A DNA stretch of 64,000 nucleotides, taken from the NCBI GenBank assembly GCA_016288205.1, contig JAEEYO010000013.1, positions 1,700 to 65,699 of the forward strand, given 5' to 3'. The position numbers and the translations under genes are program-made. The notes beneath the pieces are model-generated. The model ran no database searches. It was not told where the DNA came from and worked only from the letters and a program-made list of their open reading frames with translations. Shown here one piece after another: positions 27,705-36,551 of this stretch. This stretch comes from Treponema sp. Its GTDB lineage: Bacteria; Spirochaetota; Spirochaetia; Treponematales; Treponemataceae. The number at the start of each line of letters is the position of its first letter. Positions within the stretch are counted from its first letter, which is position 1.

Positions 27705-28345
27705 TCGCTTATCCTCCCGCCGAAGAGGGCATGTGCGAGCTCAAAATTGCTCTCATCCAGAATCTCCTGGATTTTTTCATCCAGAGTGAAACGGCAGACA
27801 AGCTCTCCCTCAGGACGCTCCACGCTCAGTATCACTCCGTCATGGAAGCGGAGTCCCTCCACAAAATCATCGGCAACAACTGTCTCGGGGACAGTCTCCA
27901 CGGTCTCAAGAGAATCGCCAAGGATTGAACGCAGCATCTTCTCCGCCTTGTCCCTTGAAAAAGCGATTATGCTCGCATGGACGGCTCCCTTGCCCAGAGA
28001 AGGAACGGCACGCTCAAGAAGCTTTTGAACCACCATGAGACGTTTTTCCTCACCGGCTTCCTCAAAATAAGAGTTTATTGCCTCAAGGACCGCAGCGTGA
28101 ACAAAAGACACCTCATAGCGTTCCTTTTCAAGAGGCAGGGCTGCCCCGATGTTTTTTCTGTACAGTTCCAGAAGGGAATCCGAAGCGCGCTGTGTCTGAA
28201 CACGGCTTTCCTCAAGACGCTTGTCAATTCCGCCAAGGATCTCTTTGCATGAGTCCTCTGCCCTGGAGAGAATTTTGTCCGCCTTTTTTTTGGCATCGGC
28301 AACTATTTCCCTGTCCAGGACGTCTGTTGAACGTATTTCTTCCAT
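27701..28345 (-). CDS. atpE: V-type ATP synthase subunit E
   Basis: 214 aa with a helical N-terminus rich in charged residues. Its position immediately upstream of subunit A, with a 4-bp overlap, supports the call. Confidence 0.7.
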   Translation of the reverse strand: MEEIRSTDVLDREIVADAKKKADKILSRAEDSCKEILGGIDKRLEESRVQTQRASDSLLELYRKNIGAALPLEKERYEVSFVHAAVLEAINSYFEEAGEEKRLMVVQKLLERAVPSLGKGAVHASIIAFSRDKAEKMLRSILGDSLETVETVPETVVADDFVEGLRFHDGVILSVERPEGELVCRFTLDEKIQEILDESNFELAHALFGGRISE

Positions 28346-28380
28346 ATCAAATCTTCCAAAAAATGCCTAATGAGAGACCG

Positions 28381-28716
28381 TTACACCTGAATGCCCACAG
28401 CCTCACGGATTGAGTCGGTCAGAGTCTTTCTTCCCTGAAGATGTCCCTGCAATCCGGGAATTTCCACAATCAAAGGAGCCTTTCCGCCCTTCTGCCAGTC
28501 AATCACTTCTTTTTCCAGCATGTTCGCGACATCCTCGGTCATAATAAGAACCTTGGGCCTGTCCTTTCCTGCGGGCCCCGCGACCTTTGAGGACTGACCT
28601 GTCATCAGCTTGAAGGCTTCCAGGGCATCTCCACGGTTGTTCGCCACTTCACCGCCCACACCGACCAGCTTGAAGGCCAGATACAGCTCCCGCTCGCCGA
28701 TAAAAAAGTACTCCAC
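28381..28716 (-). CDS. atpF: V-type ATP synthase subunit F
   Basis: 111 aa. The pattern IGERELYLAFKLVG...VLIMTEDV is typical of V-type F subunits. Confidence 0.75.
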   Translation of the reverse strand: MEYFFIGERELYLAFKLVGVGGEVANNRGDALEAFKLMTGQSSKVAGPAGKDRPKVLIMTEDVANMLEKEVIDWQKGGKAPLIVEIPGLQGHLQGRKTLTDSIREAVGIQV

Positions 28717-28725
28717 TCCGGGACC

Positions 28726-29067
28726 CTACATCAAGATGATGAAAAGTGCGACCAAGAATCCCCAAAGACAAATACCCTCGGCAAGTCCTACGAACGGAAG
28801 AGCCTTTCCTGAAATCTCTGCGTTCTCGCTCATAGCACCCATAGCGGCGGCACCAATCTTACCTACGGCCATACCACCACCGAGACATCCGATACCGACG
28901 GCAAGGGCAGCTGCAATGTACTTTATTGATGAACCCAATCCGCTGTCAGCCTGAGCCTCAACAGCAGCCTTCTCAGCCGCATCCGAAGACTGAGCAACAA
29001 CAGCCGCAACGGAAACAAGCGCCATCAGAACCGCCATAAAGAAAAACTTCTTAGTAGAACTCTTCAT
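28726..29067 (-). CDS. atpK: V-type ATP synthase proteolipid subunit K (single hairpin preceded by a signal-peptide-like helix)
   Basis: 113 aa. Glycine-rich helix IAAALAVGIGCLGGGMAVGKIGAAAMG and an ion-binding Glu in GLAEGICLWGFLVALFIIL. Confidence 0.8.
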   Translation of the reverse strand: MKSSTKKFFFMAVLMALVSVAAVVAQSSDAAEKAAVEAQADSGLGSSIKYIAAALAVGIGCLGGGMAVGKIGAAAMGAMSENAEISGKALPFVGLAEGICLWGFLVALFIILM

Positions 29068-29147
29068 ATTATACCTCTTATATCCAAAGAATCTATTTTC
29101 AACTGCCGCAAACTTAGCGTCAGATTTGAACCAATTTAACCGGCGTT

Positions 29148-31127
29148 TTAATCCACCGACTTGTACTTGAACGAGAAGGGCGTAAACTCACGTCCGGTCT
29201 CATTGAAGAACTTGCTGAAAAACTCGTAGTACTGCAAACGCACAACCTGAATGGCGACGATCATTCCCTCAAGCACAATGACAATCGCGTTTCCGATTAT
29301 GCTGATTGCAATCCCGCCCGGAAGAGGAGCGATTCCGACCATCTTCTCAATGATATATCCGAGTACCGCATGTGCAAGCGCGAACGCACCAACACGAAGG
29401 AAGCTGACCGTATTTGAAAGATAGGACGAGACAACCTCAATCAGCTCCACAATGCCTCCGATTACCGCACTGAGCACACCATTCTCAAGCACGGGCCTTT
29501 CCTTTTCCACAATGCGCTCGAAGGGCTCACCGAATGCCGTAAAGAAAAGAGACACTCCGATTATAATCCAGTCGTAAATGGCGGGACTGTGATTGAAGAA
29601 AGCAAGCCTCAGTGCAAACGCAATGACGTACCAGAAGAATACCGCGCCCGTAATACCGGTCTTTCCGAAAATGGCCTTACCCGGTTTTTTGAGCGAGAAC
29701 TGATTTATGATGTTGATTATGATTCCAACCGAGTTGATTATGAATCCCACTCCCACGGTGAATCCGAAGAAAATGAACATCCTCTTGATTGACTCAGCCC
29801 CGCCGGTCGGCATCATGGGAAGAATCTGGTTGCGCGGAGTACCGAACAAGCCCGTGACCCATCTCGCGAAAGGTGCCAGAATCTCTTCGTTGGCAAAGAA
29901 CTCGCCGGTCAAAAGTCCCATTATGGTGGAGGAAACACCGATGCAGACGAAAATCACACCGAATTTCTCCCAGCCCGCAAGCTTGATTTTTTTCGCGCAC
30001 ATCAGGATTCCAAGAATCAGGAATACAAGTCCCTGTCCCGCGTCCCCGAACATGATTCCGAAAAGCAGGGTAAAGAAGATTGCGACAAATGGCGTGGGAT
30101 CGACTGTTCCGTAAAGCGGCGAGCCATAGCTGAAAATCATCCTCTCGAATGCGGAAATGACTTTTCCATGCCTTAGCTGTACCGGCACCTGCTCCACACC
30201 AGAGCTTACGGTCGCAACCTCGTCTGGAAGATACTCACGGATTCCTGTCCTTCCCTCGGTGAGCTTGTCCAAATCACGGCCAACATCATGCGTGAGCCGC
30301 GCGGGCATCCATCCGTTGATTCTGTATACGAACTCGGTGGACTCAAGTTTGCCCTGAATCTCCGAAATCTGGCTTTCTACCGAATATACCTGCAAAAGAT
30401 GGAGCAGCCTGTCCTTGTGAGTCTCGGAGAAGCTCTTTTTCTCTTCCTGAATCTCCTTCAGCTCGGCCTCCACCGTCTCCTTCTGTTTTTTCAGGGTAAT
30501 CAACGCGTCCTCGGGAATTCCCTTGAAATCTTTCGGTATCTGAATCTCCACGAAATCCGCGTGCTTAAGCTCAGTGTCCACCGCAAAACGAGCCTTCTTT
30601 GAACATGCGACCAAAATGCTGCTCTTGTCCTCGCCCAACTGAACCACGGTGGCCCTTGAACCGACAGCAGCCTTGAGCATGTCGAATGAGGCGGGATCAA
30701 TCTTTCCGATTCGCATTGTGAGGAAAGAAAGGTTCTCCAGTTCGGAATAAGAGACGTTCAGATTTGAAAAAGCGATGGCCTCGGTCAGCGCGGAATTGAT
30801 TTTCTTAAGCTCATCGGATGCATTGAGTTCCCTTGTGTGAAGATCCTCCACGTCCGAAATCAGCTTAAGGGCCTCTTCCTCATCAGCCTCGGTGGGAATA
30901 TCCAGCTCCTCCACGTAAGATGTCAGATCCGGGATTGCGAGAGCCGCCCTTGTATGCTCCAATTTATTGAAGATTTCAGCGTCTGGATTCAGATTTCCGT
31001 CATCCGTTCCGCTCAGATTCTGCTGAAACTGAAACTGCCCCATCTTTCCCAGATATTTTAGCACCTGGTGGACATCCTCCTTGTAGACCATAAGCTCCAC
31101 AAGACGCATGGTTGTAGTTTTAGCCAT
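29148..31127 (-). CDS. atpI: V-type ATP synthase subunit I (a-subunit)
   Basis: 659 aa with a soluble N-terminal half and a polytopic C-terminal half containing the conserved LRLxALxLAH-type segment (FLRVGAFALAHAVL). Confidence 0.9.
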   Translation of the reverse strand: MAKTTTMRLVELMVYKEDVHQVLKYLGKMGQFQFQQNLSGTDDGNLNPDAEIFNKLEHTRAALAIPDLTSYVEELDIPTEADEEEALKLISDVEDLHTRELNASDELKKINSALTEAIAFSNLNVSYSELENLSFLTMRIGKIDPASFDMLKAAVGSRATVVQLGEDKSSILVACSKKARFAVDTELKHADFVEIQIPKDFKGIPEDALITLKKQKETVEAELKEIQEEKKSFSETHKDRLLHLLQVYSVESQISEIQGKLESTEFVYRINGWMPARLTHDVGRDLDKLTEGRTGIREYLPDEVATVSSGVEQVPVQLRHGKVISAFERMIFSYGSPLYGTVDPTPFVAIFFTLLFGIMFGDAGQGLVFLILGILMCAKKIKLAGWEKFGVIFVCIGVSSTIMGLLTGEFFANEEILAPFARWVTGLFGTPRNQILPMMPTGGAESIKRMFIFFGFTVGVGFIINSVGIIINIINQFSLKKPGKAIFGKTGITGAVFFWYVIAFALRLAFFNHSPAIYDWIIIGVSLFFTAFGEPFERIVEKERPVLENGVLSAVIGGIVELIEVVSSYLSNTVSFLRVGAFALAHAVLGYIIEKMVGIAPLPGGIAISIIGNAIVIVLEGMIVAIQVVRLQYYEFFSKFFNETGREFTPFSFKYKSVD

Positions 31128-32148
31128 TCTTCACCTCCGGGACACCCGCCACAGTCATAGCGTCCTCAACAGAAGCACTGAGTCTGAGACATTCGGATGC
31201 CGTTCGTATGTTGTCAAGTTCATGTCGTTTGATTATGTACCAGCAGATTATCGGACAAACCGTAAAAGGATGCTGGTGGAAAAGCCTGTACGCCTTCTGG
31301 ACGTAGCGAGCGTTATATGCGTTGGAAAGCCATCTCGTGTCCAAAGACCAGAGCGAGCCCTCATCGTGCGGATTAAGAAGATCGGCGTATTTCCAGTTGC
31401 GCCATTTTTCCCAGTCGTCCGCATCCCAGTCCAGGATTTTAAGGGCCTCGGCGGAAAGCACGTCCTTTGACTTTGAGGAAGATCCGTGAGCAAGATGCTC
31501 AATTACCTCGTCATTGTCCATGCGGTAAAAAATCTTCAGACGAAGAGCCCAGAGCACGTTTTCCATCTGGAATTTTTCGGTAAAAAGATCCAGAACAGCC
31601 TTTCCGGGTGCCCCACCAATCTTTCCGGCGGCCAAAAGAATCTCGTTCACGTACTGACAGTCCATCTTATAGTCGTTTGACTGCTGCTCCTCAATGGCTG
31701 GAATGGAATTGTACCAGGAGAGGGGACCACCGGATGTCATCGCGTTTATGTCAGGCCATTTGGAATAGTCAACCATACTGTACGGACCTATATCCGCAAT
31801 CTCAGGCATTTCTTTTTCATTGAAACAAAGGGCCGCCCCTATTTCCTTCATATTATCGTAATCGTAGAAATGCAGGAGGGCAATCAGGACATCGGCAGGT
31901 TTTTCGTAGTTTTCAATCAGACGGCGGTACTCGCTGACAAAGCGTCTTTCCGCTGTTTTTTCGAGCTCCCTTGCCAAAAGAGCCTCAGGTATTACGGGCA
32001 CTTCCCCCTTAAAAACGAGGGACCAGAGTTCCTGTAGAGAATGAACGTTAAAAAGTTCCCTTGCCCGCTTTCCAACAAAAGACCTGGCAAGTATACCGCT
32101 GGCTTTTGCATAAACATAAGCATCGGCGGCTGATTTGTCCATCGCCAT
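31120..32148 (-). CDS. atpC: V-type ATP synthase subunit C (d-subunit)
   Basis: 342-aa helical protein directly upstream of subunit I, overlapping it. Size and operon position match NtpC/AtpC. Confidence 0.7.
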   Translation of the reverse strand: MAMDKSAADAYVYAKASGILARSFVGKRARELFNVHSLQELWSLVFKGEVPVIPEALLARELEKTAERRFVSEYRRLIENYEKPADVLIALLHFYDYDNMKEIGAALCFNEKEMPEIADIGPYSMVDYSKWPDINAMTSGGPLSWYNSIPAIEEQQSNDYKMDCQYVNEILLAAGKIGGAPGKAVLDLFTEKFQMENVLWALRLKIFYRMDNDEVIEHLAHGSSSKSKDVLSAEALKILDWDADDWEKWRNWKYADLLNPHDEGSLWSLDTRWLSNAYNARYVQKAYRLFHQHPFTVCPIICWYIIKRHELDNIRTASECLRLSASVEDAMTVAGVPEVKNG

Positions 32149-32159
32149 TTCCGCCGTCC

Positions 32160-32465
32160 TTATGCGTAAAGTAGTTTTTCCAGCAGCTCGTTAAAAGCTG
32201 ACTTATCCTGCACTATTTTATGCAGCTCATCCTTGAAGGACCGTATCTCGGTGTCATGTCCCTCAGTGATTTTTGCTTTTTCATCATTGGCCTTTCGGTC
32301 AATTTCCGCCACAAGCTCAGAATAGCGTGCCTTGAATTCCTTTTCGGCTTCAGTCCTTGCAGCGGTAATTTTTGCATCAGCCTCCGTCTGGGCGTCTATG
32401 AGCGTCCGGGAAGCCTCCCGTTCAATATCCAGAAGATGCTGGATAATGTCCATTTCATCACTCAT
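32160..32465 (-). CDS. Coiled-coil peripheral-stalk-like protein (V-type ATPase subunit G/H-like)
   Basis: 101 aa, charged and fully helical (EADAKITAARTEAEKEFKARYSE). It is the first gene of the ATPase cluster. Confidence 0.5.
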   Translation of the reverse strand: MSDEMDIIQHLLDIEREASRTLIDAQTEADAKITAARTEAEKEFKARYSELVAEIDRKANDEKAKITEGHDTEIRSFKDELHKIVQDKSAFNELLEKLLYA

Positions 32466-32520
32466 TCAAAAACTCCTTTCCTAAGCTGGTCAAACGGTGC
32501 AGCATTTTTCAAAGGCAGAC

Positions 32521-32988
32521 TCAGACAGCGGCCGCTTCCTTATAGGCACACAGAAGGTCATAAACTTCCTGCGGGTTTTGTTTTTCCATCACTTCCTTGA
32601 CGAAAGCAGGATTCTGAAGAACAGAAGCAAGCTCCTTCAAAACCGAAAGATGCATCTCAGGCTGGGACGGATTGCAAAGAATCAAAAAGACAAGATATAC
32701 GGGAGCCTTGTCAAGAGAATCGTAGTCAATTCCCTTGCGACTGATTCCAATTGCACCGACCACATCTTTCGCGGACGCACAGTTTCCGTGTGGAACCGCT
32801 ATGTTGTGCATGATTCCGGTACTCATCTTCATTTCCCGCTCACGGAGGGCCTTAAGAGCTTCCTCCCTGTTGATTTCTGGCTGAATTCCCACTAAGGACT
32901 CAACCATTTCCTCAAAGAGCTCGTCCTTATCCGTACTTTCAAGATTCATAATAATCGTATTAGGCGAGAAAACCTTTTCAAGAATCAT
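32521..32988 (-). CDS. PTS EIIA type-2 domain protein (PtsN/EIIA-Ntr-like)
   Basis: 155 aa. The phospho-histidine context GIMHNIAVPHG and the C-terminal VYLVFLIL segment are typical of EIIA(Fru/Ntr). Confidence 0.8.
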   Translation of the reverse strand: MILEKVFSPNTIIMNLESTDKDELFEEMVESLVGIQPEINREEALKALREREMKMSTGIMHNIAVPHGNCASAKDVVGAIGISRKGIDYDSLDKAPVYLVFLILCNPSQPEMHLSVLKELASVLQNPAFVKEVMEKQNPQEVYDLLCAYKEAAAV

Positions 32989-33003
32989 AAAGACCTCTCT
33001 TAA

Positions 33004-33046
33004 TTAAAAATCAGGGCACTCCCGGAAATGTGGTGGGAAAGTGCCC
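33004..33046 (-). terminator. Candidate terminator after secG
   Basis: On the minus strand, a GGGCACT...AGTGCCC stem with a 19-nt loop is followed by TGATTTTTAATT. Confidence 0.45.
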
Positions 33047-33054
33047 GTCTCATT

Positions 33055-33486
33055 TTACTCAGCCGCACCAGTTTCTGCAGCGCTTGCCTCAGCCTCAATC
33101 TCCGCTTCTCCGGCATTAATCACAGCCTCTGGAACAGCGGTCTCAGCAGGAGCCTCTTCCTCAAACCAATCCTTCTTTTCGGCGGCAGCTCCGGATGATG
33201 TAGCACCCTGCACTTCCGACGCAGCTTGATTCATCTTCGCACCCTCATCTCCGACATTTCTGTTAAGGAACGAGAAAGCAAAAATGATGATGAAGAACAG
33301 AGCAACAAGAACTCCGGTAGTCTTTGTCAAAATACTTGCTGAATGTGAACCGAAAGCCGCTGACTGTCCGCCACCGAACGCACTGCCCATTCCGTTTCCT
33401 TCCTCGTTCTGCACAAGGACCAAAAGAACCAGCAAAATGGCGATAATTACAAAAACAACCAGCAGAATGCTCTTAATAATACTCAT
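33055..33486 (-). CDS. secG: Preprotein translocase subunit SecG (with acidic/Ala-rich C-terminal extension)
   Basis: Two TM helices separated by the glycine-rich loop GNGMGSAFGGGQSAAFG. Confidence 0.85.
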   Translation of the reverse strand: MSIIKSILLVVFVIIAILLVLLVLVQNEEGNGMGSAFGGGQSAAFGSHSASILTKTTGVLVALFFIIIFAFSFLNRNVGDEGAKMNQAASEVQGATSSGAAAEKKDWFEEEAPAETAVPEAVINAGEAEIEAEASAAETGAAE

Positions 33487-33599
33487 TTTTCATACTCCAA
33501 TGCCCTGCACACAGGCAGGACAAAAACAATTTTAAGGTTTTCCATCGGAAATACCCATAGGAAAGTATAATATCAAAATCCCCTATTCTAGTCAAGGGC

Positions 33600-34313
33600 T
33601 CAGACATTTTTGTTCACTATGCGGGTCTCATATTTTCCGGTGGCAATATCAATGTAGCGCACGAAAAGAGAAACCTTGTTCTCCTCGTTCAGATTGTCCC
33701 AAACAAGTTTCGTGAACTCATCGATTCCTCCGGTAATGTCCACAAGCGCGGGCTCTCCCTCAAAGCTCGGAAGCGGATTTCCGTCACCGATGTATGTGTG
33801 GATGAAGCGTCCCTCGCCGTTCTGCGGATTCTCATAGGCGAATGTGTAGCGCAGGCAGTTCTGCTCGTTACCGTTCTCGCTCTTCAGGATGCTCATCTCA
33901 TAGTCGAAAACTCCGTCGTCCACATGCAGCACAGCGGAAATGCGGGGAGTGAAATTGGGACTGTCCGGCTCAAAGCGTCTCTTCCTGAGTGAAAGTTCAA
34001 AAGTCTTTCCTTCCTTCATTCCGTCAAAAATCGTGTCGGTCTGGTCTCCGTTCGTCACAATCGTATCCTTTCCCAGAACACGTACCGGCGCGTAGATTAT
34101 GAGGCTCGGATCCGTGAGCTTGGAGGGATCGAAAGCCTGTGTGCGGATTCCTTCTCCGTCCTCAACGAAAACGCGGTTCCTGCTGTTAACGCTGCGTCCC
34201 ATGATAAAATAGGCTGTCACGGCATATTTTCCGTCCGCTGACTTTCCAACGACAATGCCCCTTCCCGGATAAGATGTTCCAGCGAGCTCTTTTGCCAGAG
34301 AGATTTTCTTCAT
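33600..34313 (-). CDS. purO: IMP cyclohydrolase, archaeal PurO type
   Basis: YPGRGIVVGKSADGKYAVTAYFIMGRSVNSRNRVF resembles the PurO (PF07826) N-terminal signature. The start was set to ATG 34313, which has a GGAG 5 nt upstream. Confidence 0.6.
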   Translation of the reverse strand: MKKISLAKELAGTSYPGRGIVVGKSADGKYAVTAYFIMGRSVNSRNRVFVEDGEGIRTQAFDPSKLTDPSLIIYAPVRVLGKDTIVTNGDQTDTIFDGMKEGKTFELSLRKRRFEPDSPNFTPRISAVLHVDDGVFDYEMSILKSENGNEQNCLRYTFAYENPQNGEGRFIHTYIGDGNPLPSFEGEPALVDITGGIDEFTKLVWDNLNEENKVSLFVRYIDIATGKYETRIVNKNV

Positions 34314-34399
34314 TTTAACTCCTTCCATAACCTCTATCTTTAAAGAGAAATACCAAGTTTAAACTCCAGCGAGTAAAAACTTGGCATTTAATTTTTTCC

Positions 34400-35665
34400 T
34401 TACTCAGTCGGACGAGTCTTGAAAGACTTACTTTCCAAAATTGCCTGGCCCTCGCCTACAGACTGCTCCATCATAGCGCGGACTTTAAGCGGCAGACCGA
34501 ACAGAGTGATGAATCCCTGAGCGTCCTTGTGGTCGTACAGATCGCCTGTCTTGAAACTTGCGATGCTCTCATTGTAGAGACTGTACTTTGAGTATGAGCC
34601 TGCTCCACGGATTGCACCCTTGCAGAGTTTTACCTTTGCCCATCCGGTTACGGTCTCCTCGGTCTTGTCAACGAACGCCATGCAGCTGTCAAAGAGAGTC
34701 GTAAACCACTTTCCGTCGTAAATCAGCTCGGCCACCTTGATTGAAAGCTGCTGCTTGTAATGATATGTGTCGCGGTCAAGGCAGATATGCTCCATCATCC
34801 TGTGCGCGAAGTAAAGGATTGCTCCACCTGGAGTCTCATAAACACCACGGCTCTTCATTCCAACGCAGCGGTTCTCGCAGATGTCAACAAGTCCAACACC
34901 ATTGCGTCCGCCAATCTCGTTCAATGTCGTAAGCAGCTCCAGAGCGCCCATCTTCTTTCCATTGACTGCAACCGGGATTCCCTTCTCGAAGTCAATCTGA
35001 ACGTACTCACCGTCGTTGGAAGCTTCCTCGGGCACAGTTGTATTCTTGAGCATGTGCTTGTAGTGAGGCTCGTTCTCTGTCTTCTCCAGCTCAAGTCCCT
35101 CGTGGCTAAGATGCCAGATGTTCTCGTCGCGGCTGTAAGACTGATCCTTCTTCATCGGAACCTCAAGTCCCCTCTCCTCAAGATAAGCAATCTCTGCCTC
35201 GCGGCTGTCCATGTTCCATTTGTCATCGCGCCATGCTGCAATTACCTTGATGTCGGGAGCAAAAGCCTTGATAGCAAGCTCAAAGCGGACCTGGTCGTTA
35301 CCCTTTCCCGTAGCTCCGTGGCAGATTGCGACGGCCTTTTCCTGACGTGCATACTCGACAAGGATTTTTCCAATCAAAGGACGGGCTGTGGAAGTTCCAA
35401 GCAGATACTCATCCTCATAAACGGCATTTGCTTTCAATGCGGGCCAGCAGTACTCGGAGATGTATTCCTCGCGGGCATCCACAACATAACAAGCGGAAGC
35501 ACCGGTCTTAAGAGCACGAGCCTTGATTGCAGCCCAGTCATCGCCCTGTCCCAAATCAATGCAGACAGCGATTACATCGTAGTCATAGTTCTCCTTGAGC
35601 CACGGAATGATTACCGTAGTGTCAAGACCGCCTGAATAAGCCAAAACAACCTTATCTTTCGCCAT
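34400..35665 (-). CDS. argG: Argininosuccinate synthase
   Basis: VVLAYSGGLDTTV ATP-binding motif. 421 aa with full-length similarity to ArgG. Confidence 0.96.
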   Translation of the reverse strand: MAKDKVVLAYSGGLDTTVIIPWLKENYDYDVIAVCIDLGQGDDWAAIKARALKTGASACYVVDAREEYISEYCWPALKANAVYEDEYLLGTSTARPLIGKILVEYARQEKAVAICHGATGKGNDQVRFELAIKAFAPDIKVIAAWRDDKWNMDSREAEIAYLEERGLEVPMKKDQSYSRDENIWHLSHEGLELEKTENEPHYKHMLKNTTVPEEASNDGEYVQIDFEKGIPVAVNGKKMGALELLTTLNEIGGRNGVGLVDICENRCVGMKSRGVYETPGGAILYFAHRMMEHICLDRDTYHYKQQLSIKVAELIYDGKWFTTLFDSCMAFVDKTEETVTGWAKVKLCKGAIRGAGSYSKYSLYNESIASFKTGDLYDHKDAQGFITLFGLPLKVRAMMEQSVGEGQAILESKSFKTRPTE

Positions 35666-35750
35666 AAAAAGACCTCGATATAAATGAAATTTTATGCATT
35701 CATTTTACAATTTTTATTATAAATATTCAAGTAGAAGAAGAGTTAAATTT

Positions 35751-35784
35751 AAAATAAAAAATCCCCCGCAGAAAACCACGGGGA
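35751..35784 (-). terminator. Candidate terminator after the flaA pair
   Basis: On the minus strand, a CCCCG...CGGGG stem with a 10-nt loop is followed by ATTTTTTATTTT. Confidence 0.45.
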
Positions 35785-35816
35785 ATTTTATCATCAGGAT
35801 TCACCTAATACCGATC

Positions 35817-36533
35817 TCACCAAGCATCATCCATGTCATCGGGATCTCTGTTCTCCAGATCATAGAGGTCTGTAACAGCGCGGAGATCATCGAAGTACAT
35901 GTAGTATGAGCCCTGTGCTTCCTCAGGATTGCAGTCTACACGGAATCCGACAATGCGAAGACCAGGCTTGTTTCCATAGTAAACGCTTGACTGAACGATT
36001 CCATGAACTCCATCGGGGGAAGGAGGAATAGCTGTTGTAAGCTTCTTCCAACCGGAGAACTCAAGGTCTCCCATCCAGATTTCGAAGTTATGTCCGTTGT
36101 AATCCTGGACCAAAAGCCACAGGTCATGTCCCATGTTGCGTCCGCAGACCCAAACAGAAACAGTCTTGGTGATTCCCTCAATCGCAATCGGGCGAGCTGC
36201 CTTGATATAGAATGAGTTTACACCACGGCGGAAGAACTCAGTCTTAACACCGAAAACTCTTGTATCCTCAAGCTCCTGGCTACCAGCATCATCAAGAGGA
36301 TCCTTAGCAGCGGGACCACCCTCAAAGAGGCGACCAGAAATTACACCGTAATCAGAAGAGATGTGAACTGACCATGAGCCCTCACGCTCGAAACGATCAA
36401 CACTTACCTCACGAAGAGCCTGACGTGCGCTATCGTTTCCGATGTTTGAAGCATCAGGATCAGAAAGGCTCTGTGCAAAAGCACCGGCTGTAGCAACTGC
36501 CAATGCCATAAAAGCTACGATTATCTTTTTCAT
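35817..36533 (-). CDS. flaA: Flagellar filament outer-layer (sheath) protein FlaA family, short paralogue
   Basis: Signal peptide MKKIIVAFMALAVATAGAFAQ. The pattern SVWVCGRNMGHDLWLLVQDYNGHNFEIWMGDLEFSGWKKL matches the FlaA family (PF04620) as I remember it. Confidence 0.6.
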   Translation of the reverse strand: MKKIIVAFMALAVATAGAFAQSLSDPDASNIGNDSARQALREVSVDRFEREGSWSVHISSDYGVISGRLFEGGPAAKDPLDDAGSQELEDTRVFGVKTEFFRRGVNSFYIKAARPIAIEGITKTVSVWVCGRNMGHDLWLLVQDYNGHNFEIWMGDLEFSGWKKLTTAIPPSPDGVHGIVQSSVYYGNKPGLRIVGFRVDCNPEEAQGSYYMYFDDLRAVTDLYDLENRDPDDMDDAW

Positions 36534-36551
36534 CTTGTACCGCCTTCTTTA

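Noticed and set aside
34760-35635. 291-aa plus-strand ORF
   Set aside because: It is antisense to argG, which is unambiguous, so this is a shadow ORF. The same reasoning applies to the other long antisense ORFs, including 699-1352, 7595-8170, 21474-22142, 41255-41779 and 57946-58623.
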